Part shown: positions 8,928 to 21,300 of the stretch, piece by piece
How the letters are laid out: each line of letters opens with the position of its first letter
Numbering within the stretch: the stretch's first letter is position 1
DNA from: a virus
Direction: 5' to 3' (one strand)
Length of the DNA stretch: 64,000 nt
IMG/VR virus record: IMGVR_UViG_3300045988_167643
Notes under the pieces: generated by a model
What the model was told of the DNA's origin: nothing
What the model saw: only the letters and a program-made list of their open reading frames with translations
Databases searched by the model: none
Made by a program: the position numbers and the translations under genes

Positions 8928-11900
8928 TTAGTTGCACATATTTAGTTTTTGTTTGAGTCGTTTGTTTTCTTGTTTCAGATCTGAAACCTGAGAGCTTAAT
9001 TCTTGAAGTGCTTTAACTATATATCCTTGAAGATAAAAACTATTTACAGATTTAACATCTATTCCACCATCTTTTGTAACTCCACCACCTTGTGAAAAAT
9101 TAGGGTCAAGTTTTTCTAGTTCATCTGCAACGAATCCTATTGACTGATGTATATTTGTTTCCTTCCAATCAAATTGTCGTACTTTAATTGAATTAATAAC
9201 AGAAAGAGCATTGGTAATTGATGTATTGTTAATATTTTTTTTCAATCTAATATCTGAATTAGAATATGTACAATGATATGTATTAAGCCCACATCTAACT
9301 TTAAGATAATTTGCATTATAATTTGATATAGAATAAACTCTATTATCATTTGAATCAGATACTACCACATATCCTCTTGCTGTAGACATACCATTATCAT
9401 ATGGAGATTTTTTTACTTGCCATTCACCATTTGGAGTGAAAATTGTATAATTGTCATTCCATCCACCCCATGGATCACCGTTCCCGGTCATCATGAAATA
9501 AACATTCGCCCCATCATTACGTATAATGAAGCCGTATTTTCCTTGTACAGCTCTAAATCCGTTTGCTGCAGTTGACTGTATTTCTCCACCCATTCTCAAT
9601 GAATGACCTGGACCATATATACCACCATGATATCCATATGTATAATCATAAAATCCGAACCAGTTTTGGTCACCGGAACCAGTAGCAGATCCAAAGCGCC
9701 AGTCTCTATTTACTTCTCCACCTTTACAAGACCGATATTCTGAAGATGTGCTAATTAGTCCACTTGCGTTTGTATTTACACAATTAACCGTATCAATATA
9801 TGCATTACTAAAATACCAACTACTTGTACCAAGTCCACAATGTCCTGCACCGGCTCCGCCAGACTGATATGGTATAATACCAGCTGTTGTAGTACGTATC
9901 CAATCTGATGTATTACCATCTGGTCTTGCCATACCATAGTAACCGTTTGCTGATACTGCACCAAGTTTTGCTCCTAACTTCGTATTTATTTCTGTTTCTG
10001 TATAGTAACGATCATCATGTGTATGTGACGATGGAGTATAACTAGATGGTTTACCACTTACGTTTCCCCATGCTACGGAACCGGCAGAACCAGCGCTTGT
10101 AGCATATTTTACAGATTGAGATCCAATTGTTGCAGAAGTAATGATAGTTCCTTCTTGCACTGGTAAATACACTGTTGTAGCCGAATTGTTTCCGGCATTA
10201 TAATTTGTGTTAGAAGTATAGCTAAATGCTAAATTATCATTTGATGCTAAGTTGCCAATTGTCCAATATCCATTTGGTGTAGCTTGACCAACCACAGGAT
10301 TCCATGAATCTTTACCAGTTGCAGTACCACGAACTGCTACATTATTTCTAGCTGATATCCAACTTCCTCCACTACTACGTATTATACTACCTGTAATTGT
10401 GCCTCCAGATAAAGGTATATATGCGTGTGTATGTGAAGCCGGTGTGAAAGTAGAGGGTTTACTGGTTATTTCACTCCAACTATATGAAGGTTTTGAGCTT
10501 GATTTAGCCCAAGAGTATACATCACTAGCAGGTAATGAAGAAGGTCTTCCGGAAACATTAGTCCAGGCTACACTACTTGCAGACGATGCATTGCCATTTA
10601 ACGAACCATTAAATTGACTTGCTGTGACTTGTGTTTTGTTTCCATCTCCTCCATCAAATATATATTCATTAATTAATTTTATTTTCGAACCATCAGACCA
10701 AGCCCATCCAATATGTAAAGATTGTGGCGATTTATATCCTGGTTTAGCAAATCTTATCTCATTACCAGCAACCCAATTGATAGCATTTGTACTATTAGCA
10801 GCTCCACCAGCCGAAGAACTTCCTGCGTAATTGTGCGTATGTGAACTAGGCGCAAATGTGCTCGGTTTACCTGTAATTTCTCCCCATGAATAACTTGGCT
10901 TGGATGAAGCTTTAGCCCATGCATAAACGTCTGATGCTGGAAGACTGGATGGGAAGTCAGTGATCTTACTTTTGGTAATACTAGGAATATCAGCAGCAAC
11001 TAATGCTCGAAAAGAAGCAGAACCAGCTTTCCCATTTGGAGCCGCTAATACTGTATTTGCAGTACGTGAAATTGTAGCATCATAAACATGTGTACTAAAA
11101 TCACTTATTTGTGATACAGTATGTGTATGACTGCTTGGTGTATATGTACTTGGTTTCCCAGTTACACCGCTCCAAGGAACAGATGATGCAGCAGTAACAG
11201 TATCGCTTGTAAATGCAAGTTTTCTCCAATTACCCCAATTACTAGAATCAAATACACGAATATAAATTTCTCCACTCGTCACAGTAAATTGTTGATAACG
11301 CCATCCACTCGCGTTACGACCTACATATAATTCAAACGCAGCAGACTCAACAGGAATGTTTGTGCAAGTATTGCCTCCACCAGCATAATACCATCTTCCT
11401 TCAGTTTGTAATGTATTTAAATTTGTGTTGGTAAGAGCAGTGTAAACAATGGTATTAGAGCTTCCAGATGATCCAGCATACTTGACACTTTTATTTGCAT
11501 CCGCCGTGTTGTCAACGTTTCCAAGACCTACTTCTGATTTAGTATAAGACGGTTTACTACTAGCCTTAGCCCATCCATATACGTCACTTGCCGGTAAACT
11601 CGTAGGGAAGTCTGTTATATCTGTTTTCTTGTGAGTATGTGCTTTAGGTCCAAATATCCCAAAAGCCTTTTTTACAGCTGCTGGTGTAACGCCCATAGTA
11701 TTACTATCTGATTCATATGATGTACACTCGTCGGACGTATAAGCTTGCTTGTGCGAAGATGCTGCATAACTACCCTTAGCCTGGTACTTATCGGCAAGAG
11801 TCTTACCGCCCTCATAAATCAAGTCAGAAGCAATACCACCAGAAGCTTTAATAGCAACATCAGTACCATTAAGCGGATCTGAATATGTACCATTAGAAAA

Positions 11901-12665
11901 TTTTGTCTCCTGAATGAATTGAACGTGAGTATGACCAGTATCAGATTTACCAGAAAGTAAAGAATCTACTTCATTTTTTCTGTAATAGAGTGAATCGTGA
12001 TTGTGCTGTTGGGGTGGGAATAAAGTGGGCTTATCGGTAATATTTTTCCACGATACGGCTCCTGCTGATGTTGCGTACTTAACTGATTTATTTATATCTG
12101 CCGTGTTATCTACATTACCAAGTCCAACCTCATCTTTTTTGTGAGTATGAGATTTTGCTGCAAAAATTCCTATATCTGAAAAGGCTGCTGATCCAAGACC
12201 AGCAACCTCAATATTGTCCGTAGTTATATTATTTACTTTAATTTTAATTGTTCCATTTTTTGTTCCAGATGAAAGAGTAATAGTCTGAACTGCGCTATCA
12301 GCCTTGGCTCCTTGAGCAGCTGTAGCAAATTTATTTGATTCTGTAAAAGCTGTGCTAGTCAAACCGTGAACTTTTGCATTTGATGCAATATTGTCCACTT
12401 TTAACGTGATTTCACCATTGTTTGTTCCCTCTGAAATAGCAATAGTACGTGGTGGTTTTGCCAATAAAACGAATTCTTTATCGGTATCGTTCCACCTGTA
12501 AATTGCATTAGTTGAAGTGTCAATATAAATATTATTTTCGTCTCCAGTTTCCGGAAACAAACTGAAAGAGGCTCTAGGAATAATTACTTTATGCTGCGCT
12601 ATACACAACTTCATATATGTCACAAGATCTGTTAATCCTGATAAATTTAAAAATTGCTCTTTCAT
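8928..12665 (-). CDS. tail fibre with HxH fibre repeats and C-terminal S74-type intramolecular chaperone domain
   Basis: Units such as SLPASDVY(A/G/S)WAK(A/S)SSKPSY and GKPS(T/S)(F/Y)(T/A)PSSHTH recur 5 or more times. The C-terminus SDIRLKKNI...FDWKE...GFVADELEKLDPNF plus a terminal coiled coil matches the self-cleaving chaperone (peptidase S74) signature. Confidence 0.9.
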   Translation of the reverse strand: MKEQFLNLSGLTDLVTYMKLCIAQHKVIIPRASFSLFPETGDENNIYIDTSTNAIYRWNDTDKEFVLLAKPPRTIAISEGTNNGEITLKVDNIASNAKVHGLTSTAFTESNKFATAAQGAKADSAVQTITLSSGTKNGTIKIKVNNITTDNIEVAGLGSAAFSDIGIFAAKSHTHKKDEVGLGNVDNTADINKSVKYATSAGAVSWKNITDKPTLFPPQQHNHDSLYYRKNEVDSLLSGKSDTGHTHVQFIQETKFSNGTYSDPLNGTDVAIKASGGIASDLIYEGGKTLADKYQAKGSYAASSHKQAYTSDECTSYESDSNTMGVTPAAVKKAFGIFGPKAHTHKKTDITDFPTSLPASDVYGWAKASSKPSYTKSEVGLGNVDNTADANKSVKYAGSSGSSNTIVYTALTNTNLNTLQTEGRWYYAGGGNTCTNIPVESAAFELYVGRNASGWRYQQFTVTSGEIYIRVFDSSNWGNWRKLAFTSDTVTAASSVPWSGVTGKPSTYTPSSHTHTVSQISDFSTHVYDATISRTANTVLAAPNGKAGSASFRALVAADIPSITKSKITDFPSSLPASDVYAWAKASSKPSYSWGEITGKPSTFAPSSHTHNYAGSSSAGGAANSTNAINWVAGNEIRFAKPGYKSPQSLHIGWAWSDGSKIKLINEYIFDGGDGNKTQVTASQFNGSLNGNASSASSVAWTNVSGRPSSLPASDVYSWAKSSSKPSYSWSEITSKPSTFTPASHTHAYIPLSGGTITGSIIRSSGGSWISARNNVAVRGTATGKDSWNPVVGQATPNGYWTIGNLASNDNLAFSYTSNTNYNAGNNSATTVYLPVQEGTIITSATIGSQSVKYATSAGSAGSVAWGNVSGKPSSYTPSSHTHDDRYYTETEINTKLGAKLGAVSANGYYGMARPDGNTSDWIRTTTAGIIPYQSGGAGAGHCGLGTSSWYFSNAYIDTVNCVNTNASGLISTSSEYRSCKGGEVNRDWRFGSATGSGDQNWFGFYDYTYGYHGGIYGPGHSLRMGGEIQSTAANGFRAVQGKYGFIIRNDGANVYFMMTGNGDPWGGWNDNYTIFTPNGEWQVKKSPYDNGMSTARGYVVVSDSNDNRVYSISNYNANYLKVRCGLNTYHCTYSNSDIRLKKNINNTSITNALSVINSIKVRQFDWKETNIHQSIGFVADELEKLDPNFSQGGGVTKDGGIDVKSVNSFYLQGYIVKALQELSSQVSDLKQENKRLKQKLNMCN

Positions 12666-12714
12666 AATTTTAATTCACCCCTTTCTTAATTGATGAGTTG
12701 TTTTTTAGTAATAT

Positions 12715-13012
12715 TATATTATATATTTTCTGTGATCGTGTTTACTATTTTCCTTACTTACTTTTGCATAAATGAGAGTAGTATCTAATTTTACGTGACC
12801 TAATATTTCCTTTATTTCTTCAACAGGCATACCACGGTCAATTGAATTTGTAGCTGTATCTATATAGATTCCGTCTATAATACCTTGTAAGGGGGAACGA
12901 TCCTAAAGAAGCATAAGGAAGAATTTCTTTATGGTCGGCAATACATTTTTTTATTAAATTTACGGCTTCCCCTAATCCGCTATAATCAAGAAATTGTGTT
13001 TTCATGTCCATT
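12715..13012 (-). pseudogene. chimeric remnant: tail-fibre N-terminus fused to tyrosine-recombinase C-terminus
   Basis: On the minus strand, M(D)MKTQFLDYSGLGEAVNLIKKCIADHKEILPYASLGSFP parallels the fibre N-terminus MKEQFLNLSGLTDLVTYMKLCIAQHKVIIPRASFSLFP. After a frame change at the C5 run it continues LQGIIDGIYIDTATNSIDRGMPVEEIKEILGHVKLDTTLIYAKV. IYIDTxTNxI matches the fibre, and LGH...TTxIY is the recombinase C-terminal motif with the catalytic Tyr. There is no intact ORF. Confidence 0.6.
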
Positions 13013-13020
13013 ATGCCCTT

Positions 13021-13048
13021 TCAAAAACGGAGGGGAATTTCCCCTCCT
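13021..13048 (-). terminator. rho-independent terminator
   Basis: On the minus strand, GGAGGGG-aaatt-CCCCTCC is followed by GTTTTTG, 10 nt after the stop of 13058..14134. Confidence 0.8.
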
Positions 13049-13057
13049 TTACAATAA

Positions 13058-14134
13058 TCATTCAGTTACTTTAAAAAGAGCCTGAATCTTTTCAGATGGA
13101 ATAGCTTCATAACCATCACCAACAAGTCCTTGTAAGGCTGCAATATCAGTTGCATTTTTTGCAATCTTTGGTTTCTCAACTGCAAGATCATCTTCAATAG
13201 CTTTGACTTTGCCTTCTACGGTTTCAACTCTAGTCTTAACACCATTAATGGCTTCTGTATTAGCTGTGTCGGCTGCTTCAAGAGTAGGAATTTTCTTCTC
13301 AATAGCATCTACTCTACCTACGCAAGCTTTCAGAGCCTCAGCTGTTGCATACTGAGAGAGATCAGAATCAGCAAGAGCTTTAGATACGTACTCAGCAATG
13401 TAGCTTACAATATCTTTAGAGGTTGCTGTGTCAGGTAAGGTACCAATCAAAGTTTTCAGATTAGTAATATCTGTTTTGTTTGTATTAATCTGGCTGTTCA
13501 TTGTAGCAGCATCTGATGTATGATTTGTGATCCAATCAGAAATTTCTTTCAGAGTATCATAAGCTTCTGGAGCCTCTGCTACGATTTTAGCTACAGCATC
13601 GGAAACGGCTTTCTTTACAGAACCATCGCCTGTTCCGTTCAGGGTATCAATAGCTCCTTTGTTTGCTGCGATGTCTGCTTTAATCTGAGTGTCGTTATAT
13701 GCACCAGCAGTAACGGCTTCTTTGATGTAATCTACAACAGTCTTTGCTGTTGCATCAGCTGGGATAGTACCAATTACTCCAAGCACCTCTGCTTTTGCAG
13801 AATCTGCAGTACCAGCAGCATCAAAGTCTGTAACAGATTTTCCGGAATCTACAAGGTTACCATCTTTGTCAAGACCTGCTAAATGTCCTGCGACAGCATT
13901 CTTAACTTTATCTGCTTTTGTCAGTGGCCGTGGAAGAGTAATAGTAAAAACAGCTTCATCTACTGTTACTGGAGCTGGTTTTGTGTAAAAATAAACTGTA
14001 TATCCGTCATCGGACTGTGATATAGTTTTAATAGAATTTGCAGTTGCATCGGAAATTTTTTTGTCAATCTGTATATTATGAAGAGTTAAAAACTCACGAA
14101 GATTGTCAATAGTCGTAAATTGTAATTTAGACAT
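13058..14134 (-). CDS. fibrous (alpha-helical, Ala/Thr/Asp-rich) tail fibre/whisker-like protein
   Basis: The N-terminus resembles the neighbouring fibre N-termini (LQFTTIDNLREFLTLHN). The rest is long low-complexity helical sequence. It sits in the fibre gene block. Confidence 0.55.
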   Translation of the reverse strand: MSKLQFTTIDNLREFLTLHNIQIDKKISDATANSIKTISQSDDGYTVYFYTKPAPVTVDEAVFTITLPRPLTKADKVKNAVAGHLAGLDKDGNLVDSGKSVTDFDAAGTADSAKAEVLGVIGTIPADATAKTVVDYIKEAVTAGAYNDTQIKADIAANKGAIDTLNGTGDGSVKKAVSDAVAKIVAEAPEAYDTLKEISDWITNHTSDAATMNSQINTNKTDITNLKTLIGTLPDTATSKDIVSYIAEYVSKALADSDLSQYATAEALKACVGRVDAIEKKIPTLEAADTANTEAINGVKTRVETVEGKVKAIEDDLAVEKPKIAKNATDIAALQGLVGDGYEAIPSEKIQALFKVTE

Positions 14135-14157
14135 TATATTTGTTCCTCCTTGGAAAT

Positions 14158-15012
14158 TTAGTTAAATATGTTTGCAATATCAGTGGATTCAAGCCCACCG
14201 ATTTTTTTATCTAAAGCTTCATCTATCTTTTTATCCACAAGCTCTGACACAGTCAGCTCAAGCTGTTCCTGAATGAATTGTTTTGCAGAATCCGCAGACA
14301 TAAAATTCTGATCATTTACCCATTTTTCAGTTACATATTTGTCCGTTACGTAATCACCATCTTGTTGGATAAAGTAGAGAAGTATAGAATTGCCTTGGAA
14401 TTGAGTAATAGATGTGCCGTGAGTATCTTCATCATGTGAAACTAAAAAGAACACTTCATCTGCAGAAGAGTGAACGGTGGTGCTATTACCACCAATAATA
14501 AATTGACCCTTGATTTTATAAATTCCATCATCAAGAGTCGAAATTGTGACCGGTACTGTAAGAGATCCGATCAAATATTCAATTGGTTTATCTGTGAGCT
14601 TTCTATAAGACAGACTGTTAATATAATCTACAACAGTTTGCTTATCTTCGAGATTTCCAATAATATTATCTAATATAGTAGATAGCTCTGAGGATTTTAT
14701 ATAACTATCAAGCCCGATTTGTCGTTTTACTTCATCAACAATATGGTCCTTGTCCTCGTCTGTCATGGATAGATCATAAGAGAAGAGTAATTTCTTTTCA
14801 TTAAAAAACTGAAGATTTGATCCAGAAAATTTTACGTCAGTGATTTGTTTATCACCTTTTGTATATCTGATCTCATTATCTTCAGTCATCCATGCAATTA
14901 CATTTCCGTCTTCTATATAGCAAAGCCCTGGATATTTTAAAATACCTCGCTGAATTGCTTTTTCCGCAATCGCTTTTGTTGAGGCAGTAAAAAATACTGG
15001 TAATTTTGCCAT
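14158..15012 (-). CDS. structural protein of fibre/baseplate block
   Basis: Tightly packed with its neighbours (1-nt gap to 15014..15280). No motif was recognised. Confidence 0.45.
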   Translation of the reverse strand: MAKLPVFFTASTKAIAEKAIQRGILKYPGLCYIEDGNVIAWMTEDNEIRYTKGDKQITDVKFSGSNLQFFNEKKLLFSYDLSMTDEDKDHIVDEVKRQIGLDSYIKSSELSTILDNIIGNLEDKQTVVDYINSLSYRKLTDKPIEYLIGSLTVPVTISTLDDGIYKIKGQFIIGGNSTTVHSSADEVFFLVSHDEDTHGTSITQFQGNSILLYFIQQDGDYVTDKYVTEKWVNDQNFMSADSAKQFIQEQLELTVSELVDKKIDEALDKKIGGLESTDIANIFN

Positions 15013-15013
15013 G

Positions 15014-15280
15014 TTAATCTACCTCGTGTAATTTTGCGTCTATTTCTTCGTATTCTAATCGTGAAATAGGCTCAATTTCGTATATTGTGTTGTCAAGTGG
15101 AAAATTATACAGCCCATCAATATGCCAGCCTTTTTTACCGTCAGAAGACAATATAGCCTGTGCAATTTTGATGTCACATAAAATCAGTATTTTATGTTTC
15201 TCTTGGTACTGTATATAGTGAATTTCCTTAATGACATCCACAATATCTTGTGTCATTGAATTAGTTACTTTGTAGTACAT
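15014..15280 (-). CDS. hypothetical small protein
   Basis: 88-aa ORF with RBS GAAGGGAGAAATCACATG, between the giant protein gene and 14158..15012. Confidence 0.5.
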   Translation of the reverse strand: MYYKVTNSMTQDIVDVIKEIHYIQYQEKHKILILCDIKIAQAILSSDGKKGWHIDGLYNFPLDNTIYEIEPISRLEYEEIDAKLHEVD

Positions 15281-15320
15281 GTGATTTCTCCCTTCATATT
15301 AAAAAGAGAGGTAGGTTTCC

Positions 15321-18300
15321 CTACCCCTCACATGTAATGCTAAACATCATTAAGACACCCATTTCCTGTCCAGGATAAGAGTATCCGTATGTATCACCTT
15401 GTTCATTTATAGAGTAAACCCAGTTAGATACCTGGGCATTTGGTGATCTAGTCCAGTAAGACTCATAGACATCTGGAGTTGAAGTTTTTGCTTTCTTTCT
15501 TGAATCGTTATCAACATAATATTGAATTGTTGCATTTGTTTCAGAACTATACGGATCACTTCCTGCAGAAGCATCAATATCATATAGTGCTGGTACATAA
15601 AAACGACAATTAGATGTTGATATTGTATTCGATTTATTTCCAGTAGAAGAACTAACTTTAACAGGCTTAATCAGTGCTTTCCAGAGTGGTGGTATAGCTT
15701 TCGTTATACGAGTGTTCATCCACGTATTAAGCGTAGATTCTGCCCATCCACCGGTATTTGTAGACTTGTTACTATAAGCTTTCTTAGAACCAAGAAGATT
15801 TGAAGCAATAAATGTTACATTTGCTCTCTTAGAAGCGACATCTGATAAGTAGTATGCTTTAAATTTAGCTACTTCCATTGGAATCGTTTCATGAATCCAT
15901 GCTGCAATGTCAGAACATTGTTCTTCACCAAGGTCTGAATACCACAGTTTGCACCAGTGGATCTTGCCTTTTGCATAGTTTTCATAAGCACCATCATCTG
16001 CCTTTGAGCATCCAAAAACAAGAGTTGATGTGATTTCGGGAATACGGATTGCCTGAAGAGTAGCAGTAGAGATTGCATTTCCAGACATATTAGAATTGTA
16101 TACATAGAGCTTTTGACTTCCTGCCTTATGACGAATTACAATAATTTCACGTCCACCGGAGCTTGATGCATTCGCACTATCAGTTCCCCATGATAATTTG
16201 TAACTCTGGCTATACCATAAGCGGAATCCGTTAGAACCATCTCCCTGGAAGCATTGTGCCAGAGTAGCACCTGTTGCGTTCTCGTTATCAAATTCAAAGT
16301 CAATCGCAAATGTGAAATCCTTATCCTTATCCATAATAGAGATTCCAGTATCAATATGGTTTGTTCCGTCAAATACTGTTGTGGAAGAGATTAATTCTTC
16401 TTCCTCAATATCGTTGTAATGGAAGTCAACTCCAAGTGTAAAATCAAATGAGTCTTTCAGTGACAGAACTTTCTGCTCAAGTCCCATTTTCATCATTGCA
16501 TATAACTCAACCTGAGACAGGTCTTTGAGATCTTTATCATTGAAGTATCCGTCTACATATTCACAGGTGTCAAACACTGCGTTTACAGTTTTATCACCGT
16601 TTACATATCCGGACTGGTCCCATCCTTTAAATAAATTGTATTTATAGGCAGCTTCCTCGGCTGTGTATACAGGAGTATCACCCTCGTATTTAACATAAGT
16701 TCCATATGGGGCTACAGTTTCCTGTAAGGTTAAACCTTTAGAGTTATACTTTACGGTATAATTTCTGATTGTACTTGTATAAACTGCATTGATAACTCTA
16801 TCCGCAAAGATTTTATCTGAGAGAATAGTGTCCCATCCCTTAAATGTAAAATCATTTTCAATGGTACTTTGTTTTATAGGTATAGCTATAGGATCATCCT
16901 GACGAGTTGTAGGATCTACAGCGCATGAGCCTTTGTCAACATACTGAATATCTAACACAGTTTTGTTTGAATCGTCATTTAAGAATGAAACTTTAAACTG
17001 TGCAATCATAGAATCGTATGTGATTGTAAGATTTGTCCAGATACCTGGCTCGTCATCAGTTCCAACAAAGTCTTTATACTCCTGTTGACGCATAACTGGA
17101 ATGTGAATAGTTCCTGTTAATACAGACTGGTCAATGGTAATACCATTTTCGTCAATACCACCAAGCTTTGCTAATTTCTTTAAAAGATCAGTATTTTCAA
17201 GATTCCAGTCAATACCTGTGATACTTACGGTCTTAAGTGTTGAAATAGCAGTTTTTATAATTTCAAGTGCATCCACAATAGAATTCTGGCAAACAAATGT
17301 CTGCAGATTATCATAAGATGCTACATTAAGATTTGTAAGGTCTTTCAGATTTTTAAACGTAAGAGTATTAATTGTTGCAGGTAAATATGCATTCTTAATC
17401 TTACCGTGATTAGCAAGCAGGAAAGAAGTAATAGCAGTATTCTGTGCGTAAAGATTAATAAGATTCTCACATGCAGAAAGATTTACAGATCCTGTTAAGT
17501 TTGGACAGTTCTTAATATTAAGAGTTTCAAGAAGTGTATTGTTACCCATATTGAGAGCCGTTAAGAACGTATTCTGATAGCCATTTGTTTCATTACCAAT
17601 AATAAGAGTTTTAAGCTTCGATGCCTTAGAGAAATCATTATCATGGATATAGCAAGCAGACAAATCATTCAATGCTTGAATCCTTGACGCACAATAAATA
17701 AGGATAGCAGTATCATCCATATTAGTTAAGTTAGTTGTAATTTCATATTCCTGTCCAGCTTTTGCACGAATCTGAGTTGTTTCCGGTGAATTACCGTAAA
17801 GTACAGAAATATACATATCTGAGTATGGAACAATTCTTAATGTATAATCTGGTTTTACAACAGCTGTTTTAGGAGTATTACAACGGAACATAATCTGGTC
17901 AGACTTAATATCAGTGTGAAGGAATTTTGTTCCCATATACGCATGTTGATCACGTTCCCACTGTCTACGCTGATATTTTTTACGTCCGTTCATCATTTCT
18001 TTAAGGAATCTGTCTGACTTTGTTACTTCAGTTTTTCCTGGAAAGATAACACCTTGATATGTACGAATATATAGTCTTTCGTAATGGAGTCTCCACAATT
18101 CCTCTGGAAATTGATTTTGCCAAGCATCGAATTCATTAATAAGATGAGTATCACTCCAACAGTTTGAATCTACAGACTGATATAATGATGCAAGTTGTTT
18201 TGGCATTAAATCACGAATTCTGCACCATAATACAGATTCTGCAGCGTTAAAGATGTATCCAGAGCTTGGATCACCATCTGTTTTATAATCGGTGTCCTCT

Positions 18301-21300
18301 TTTCCGTAAGACATTGTAAGCTCGCCACTGTTATTGATTCCAAGTCCTGTGTCGTTGTCGTAATCCCACAAGTCATATCTATATCCATTGTGGATAGCAG
18401 CTGCCGTATCATCTATAGTGTAATACTTAGCTTTATCACCAATGGTAGAAGCTTCTTCATTGCTAATATAATGTTTTGCCCAATGTGGGAATACATTTTT
18501 TGAACGATTGTCAATCATTGTATATCTAAGTGTGAAGAGGTATAAATACAACACCGAATTGACAATGCACCAATCGCCTAAATGAGCTACAAAATCTTCA
18601 TTAGAAGATGTAATTACAAATTCATAGAAGTCTCTCCAATTTTGTTTATTTTGTTTACGAATCTTTTCTTTTGCTTCATCACTAGAAATCGCAGAACCAT
18701 CCTTTGAATCTCCACAACAGTCATATCTAAATTCAAATGATCCATCCCAGTTATTATAAAGATTGTCGTATGCTGTATTACCAGCTTTCCATTCATCTTT
18801 AGAAATAGGATATTTCATTGAACCATCTGAATTTGTTACACCGGTTTGGAATACAGAGTTTGGAAGTGTATTATCGCTAATTTCAATACAGCATTCGTTC
18901 ATATCATCTGGATCATAAGCTCTTGTTACATCAGTTTTTTTTGAATCACCCATATTGGCAAGAGAGTAGAAGTGCCATTCTGTATCATTAAACTCTCTAT
19001 GAGTAGAAATATCCGGATCACTCTCTTTTACAAAAATAATACAGTTTACAAACTCCATTGAGTTTTTAATCTTTTTATCCCTACGAGATGCAGGAGTAGA
19101 ATATGGCAGATAATCATTATATCTTTTCTGAAGAAGTGCGTTATTTGCCATTTCAGAAGAAGCCACATTTACTTTAAAATTCAGCCAGTTATTAGGAGCG
19201 GAGTTTCGAGTAAGAGATATCTTACCATCACCCTCTGTATATTCGGTTCCATCGCCAAGAACAAGTTTTGTTTTATAATTTGGATCAAGATCAATTTTAC
19301 TATTTACCTTATGAATTCCATCAAAACAGCAAATAACATCAATGTTTCTTGCTGCAAAACCATATTCATTAGAGGTAGTGCCCTGTCCAGCGTGACAGGC
19401 GTTAGTAAATTTCCAGTTATCAAATTTTGGATCGCCATTTACATAAACACATTCCATGGAAGTATTTAGCACAAAATCCTTCTTATCATTTGTAAAATGT
19501 GGCGCTTCAATCTTAATAACTCTTAAATCAGGACATGCTTTTGCAACCGAATCCGGTGTAAGAGCATTGTTTTCGTTATAAATCTGATTTCGATTATATC
19601 TATCAATCATATCATCTGAATCTCTTGCGTCTGCAATGAAGTTAGATAATACGTCAGAATCTGTTAGAGCTGCACTATAAGCTTTTATCCTGTAAATCAA
19701 CACATCACAGTCTGGAGATCCGATAGAAATTGGAGCAGGAGTGTACTGATGTAATCTATGTGAATTATCATAAATAATAGGTCTGCCACCAACACCATCT
19801 TCATATGTCATGATAATAGATGTTGCTGTTGTACTTTTAGTATCAATTGAGTTAATATTATATTCATACTCAATAATATCTTCTTCGGAATATGGGAAAT
19901 AAAGATCGTCTGTAGACGTGTAAATGTTTGCCTCATGAACTTTCATTTCAAGTCCAATATTAGAATCTGCCAATCCATCGAGACATGACAAGAAAGTGGC
20001 AGAAGCATTTCTTACATTTTTAGTTTTGAAAATAATCTTAAATTCAGCACCAGTTTGTTTTGGGTCTTTGGCAAACAAATTGTAGCTGATAGAAGCAGTA
20101 GTACCTGCTTTTACACAGAAATACTGATTTCCCTCCTCATCAATCTGATAACCGCCATTGTCCCAATCAAAGTTGTCTGATACTGTTAAGGCAACTTCCG
20201 GATGATTTTCATCGCTCCAAAGTCTGTTCTCATCACCATTTGATAAACCAACTGGGTTAAAATCAAATGCAAGATTTGTAGTAATTGGATTTACATCTAT
20301 ATCAAGTTTTTCAATATGTGCGGTAAGAATTTTTGTGATTTTCTGACATGAAATAGTAAGATTTTTCTGACCAACCTCAGAAGATTTAAAGCTCCAAACT
20401 TGAGCAGTTCTGTCTACGGTTAATGTAGATACAGTTTTTCCATCAACTGCCAACTTGACAGTAGAAGGATTATGAACTGGGTCATAAACTACATATTTAA
20501 TACTTGTAGCCTGATATTGTTTTGCTGTAAATTCTTGCTGTGAGCATCCAATAATAGGAGTTCTGTTTGACGGATCAACGCATACAATATCTTTATAGAT
20601 AGTAGCAGAAGTAATATCTTTATTATTTACTGTTGCTGTCATATATACTTTAAGGAAATGAGCACCATGTTCCTGTTTTGGAATATTGTATGATATAATA
20701 CGACCGGAAGCCTGTGTTGTTACGGATTCTAATTCCTGTCCATCCAAGATAAAATGAATGGTCTTATTTACATTACCATAAGGTGTATATCTAAATACTA
20801 CGTCTGTATCAGTGTAAATCAGTGTATCATCAAATGTACTTTCAAGCTTAAATTCTACAATAGTAACAGTCCAAGTTTTATATGACATTGTTCCAAAGCT
20901 ATCCGTGATACTAACTCTAATCTGATTAGAGCCTACTGATAAATACTCTGTTAAATCAACCTTATTTGTTCCCTGAGAAGCAGTGGTTGTTGATACAATT
21001 GTATTTCCAACTTTCCAAATTGCTGTACCATCACCAGTTGTATCGCCAGTATTATCAACAGAGCTAAATGTGTATTCGATTTCTGCTTTATCTCCAAGTA
21101 AGAAGATTGCATCTGCAGGGGTTACACGTTCAATCGTGATAGTTGAAGTATCAGATCCGCCACCACCTCCGCTTTGGATTGTAAATGTTTTAAGAACTTC
21201 TCCATTTTTCATCCAACTAAATGTACTACCAACATAATCTACATCATACTCAGATGCAGCTGGATTCTTTTTAATTTCATCAATATCAGCCTGAATATTT

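Noticed and set aside
8928-12665. Periodic ~120-nt DNA repeats in the tail fibre as a CRISPR array or satellite
   Set aside because: The repeats are in frame, imperfect, and encode the SLPASDVYxWAK...KPSxxxPSSHTH fibre units. There are no spacer-like unique segments and no cas genes.
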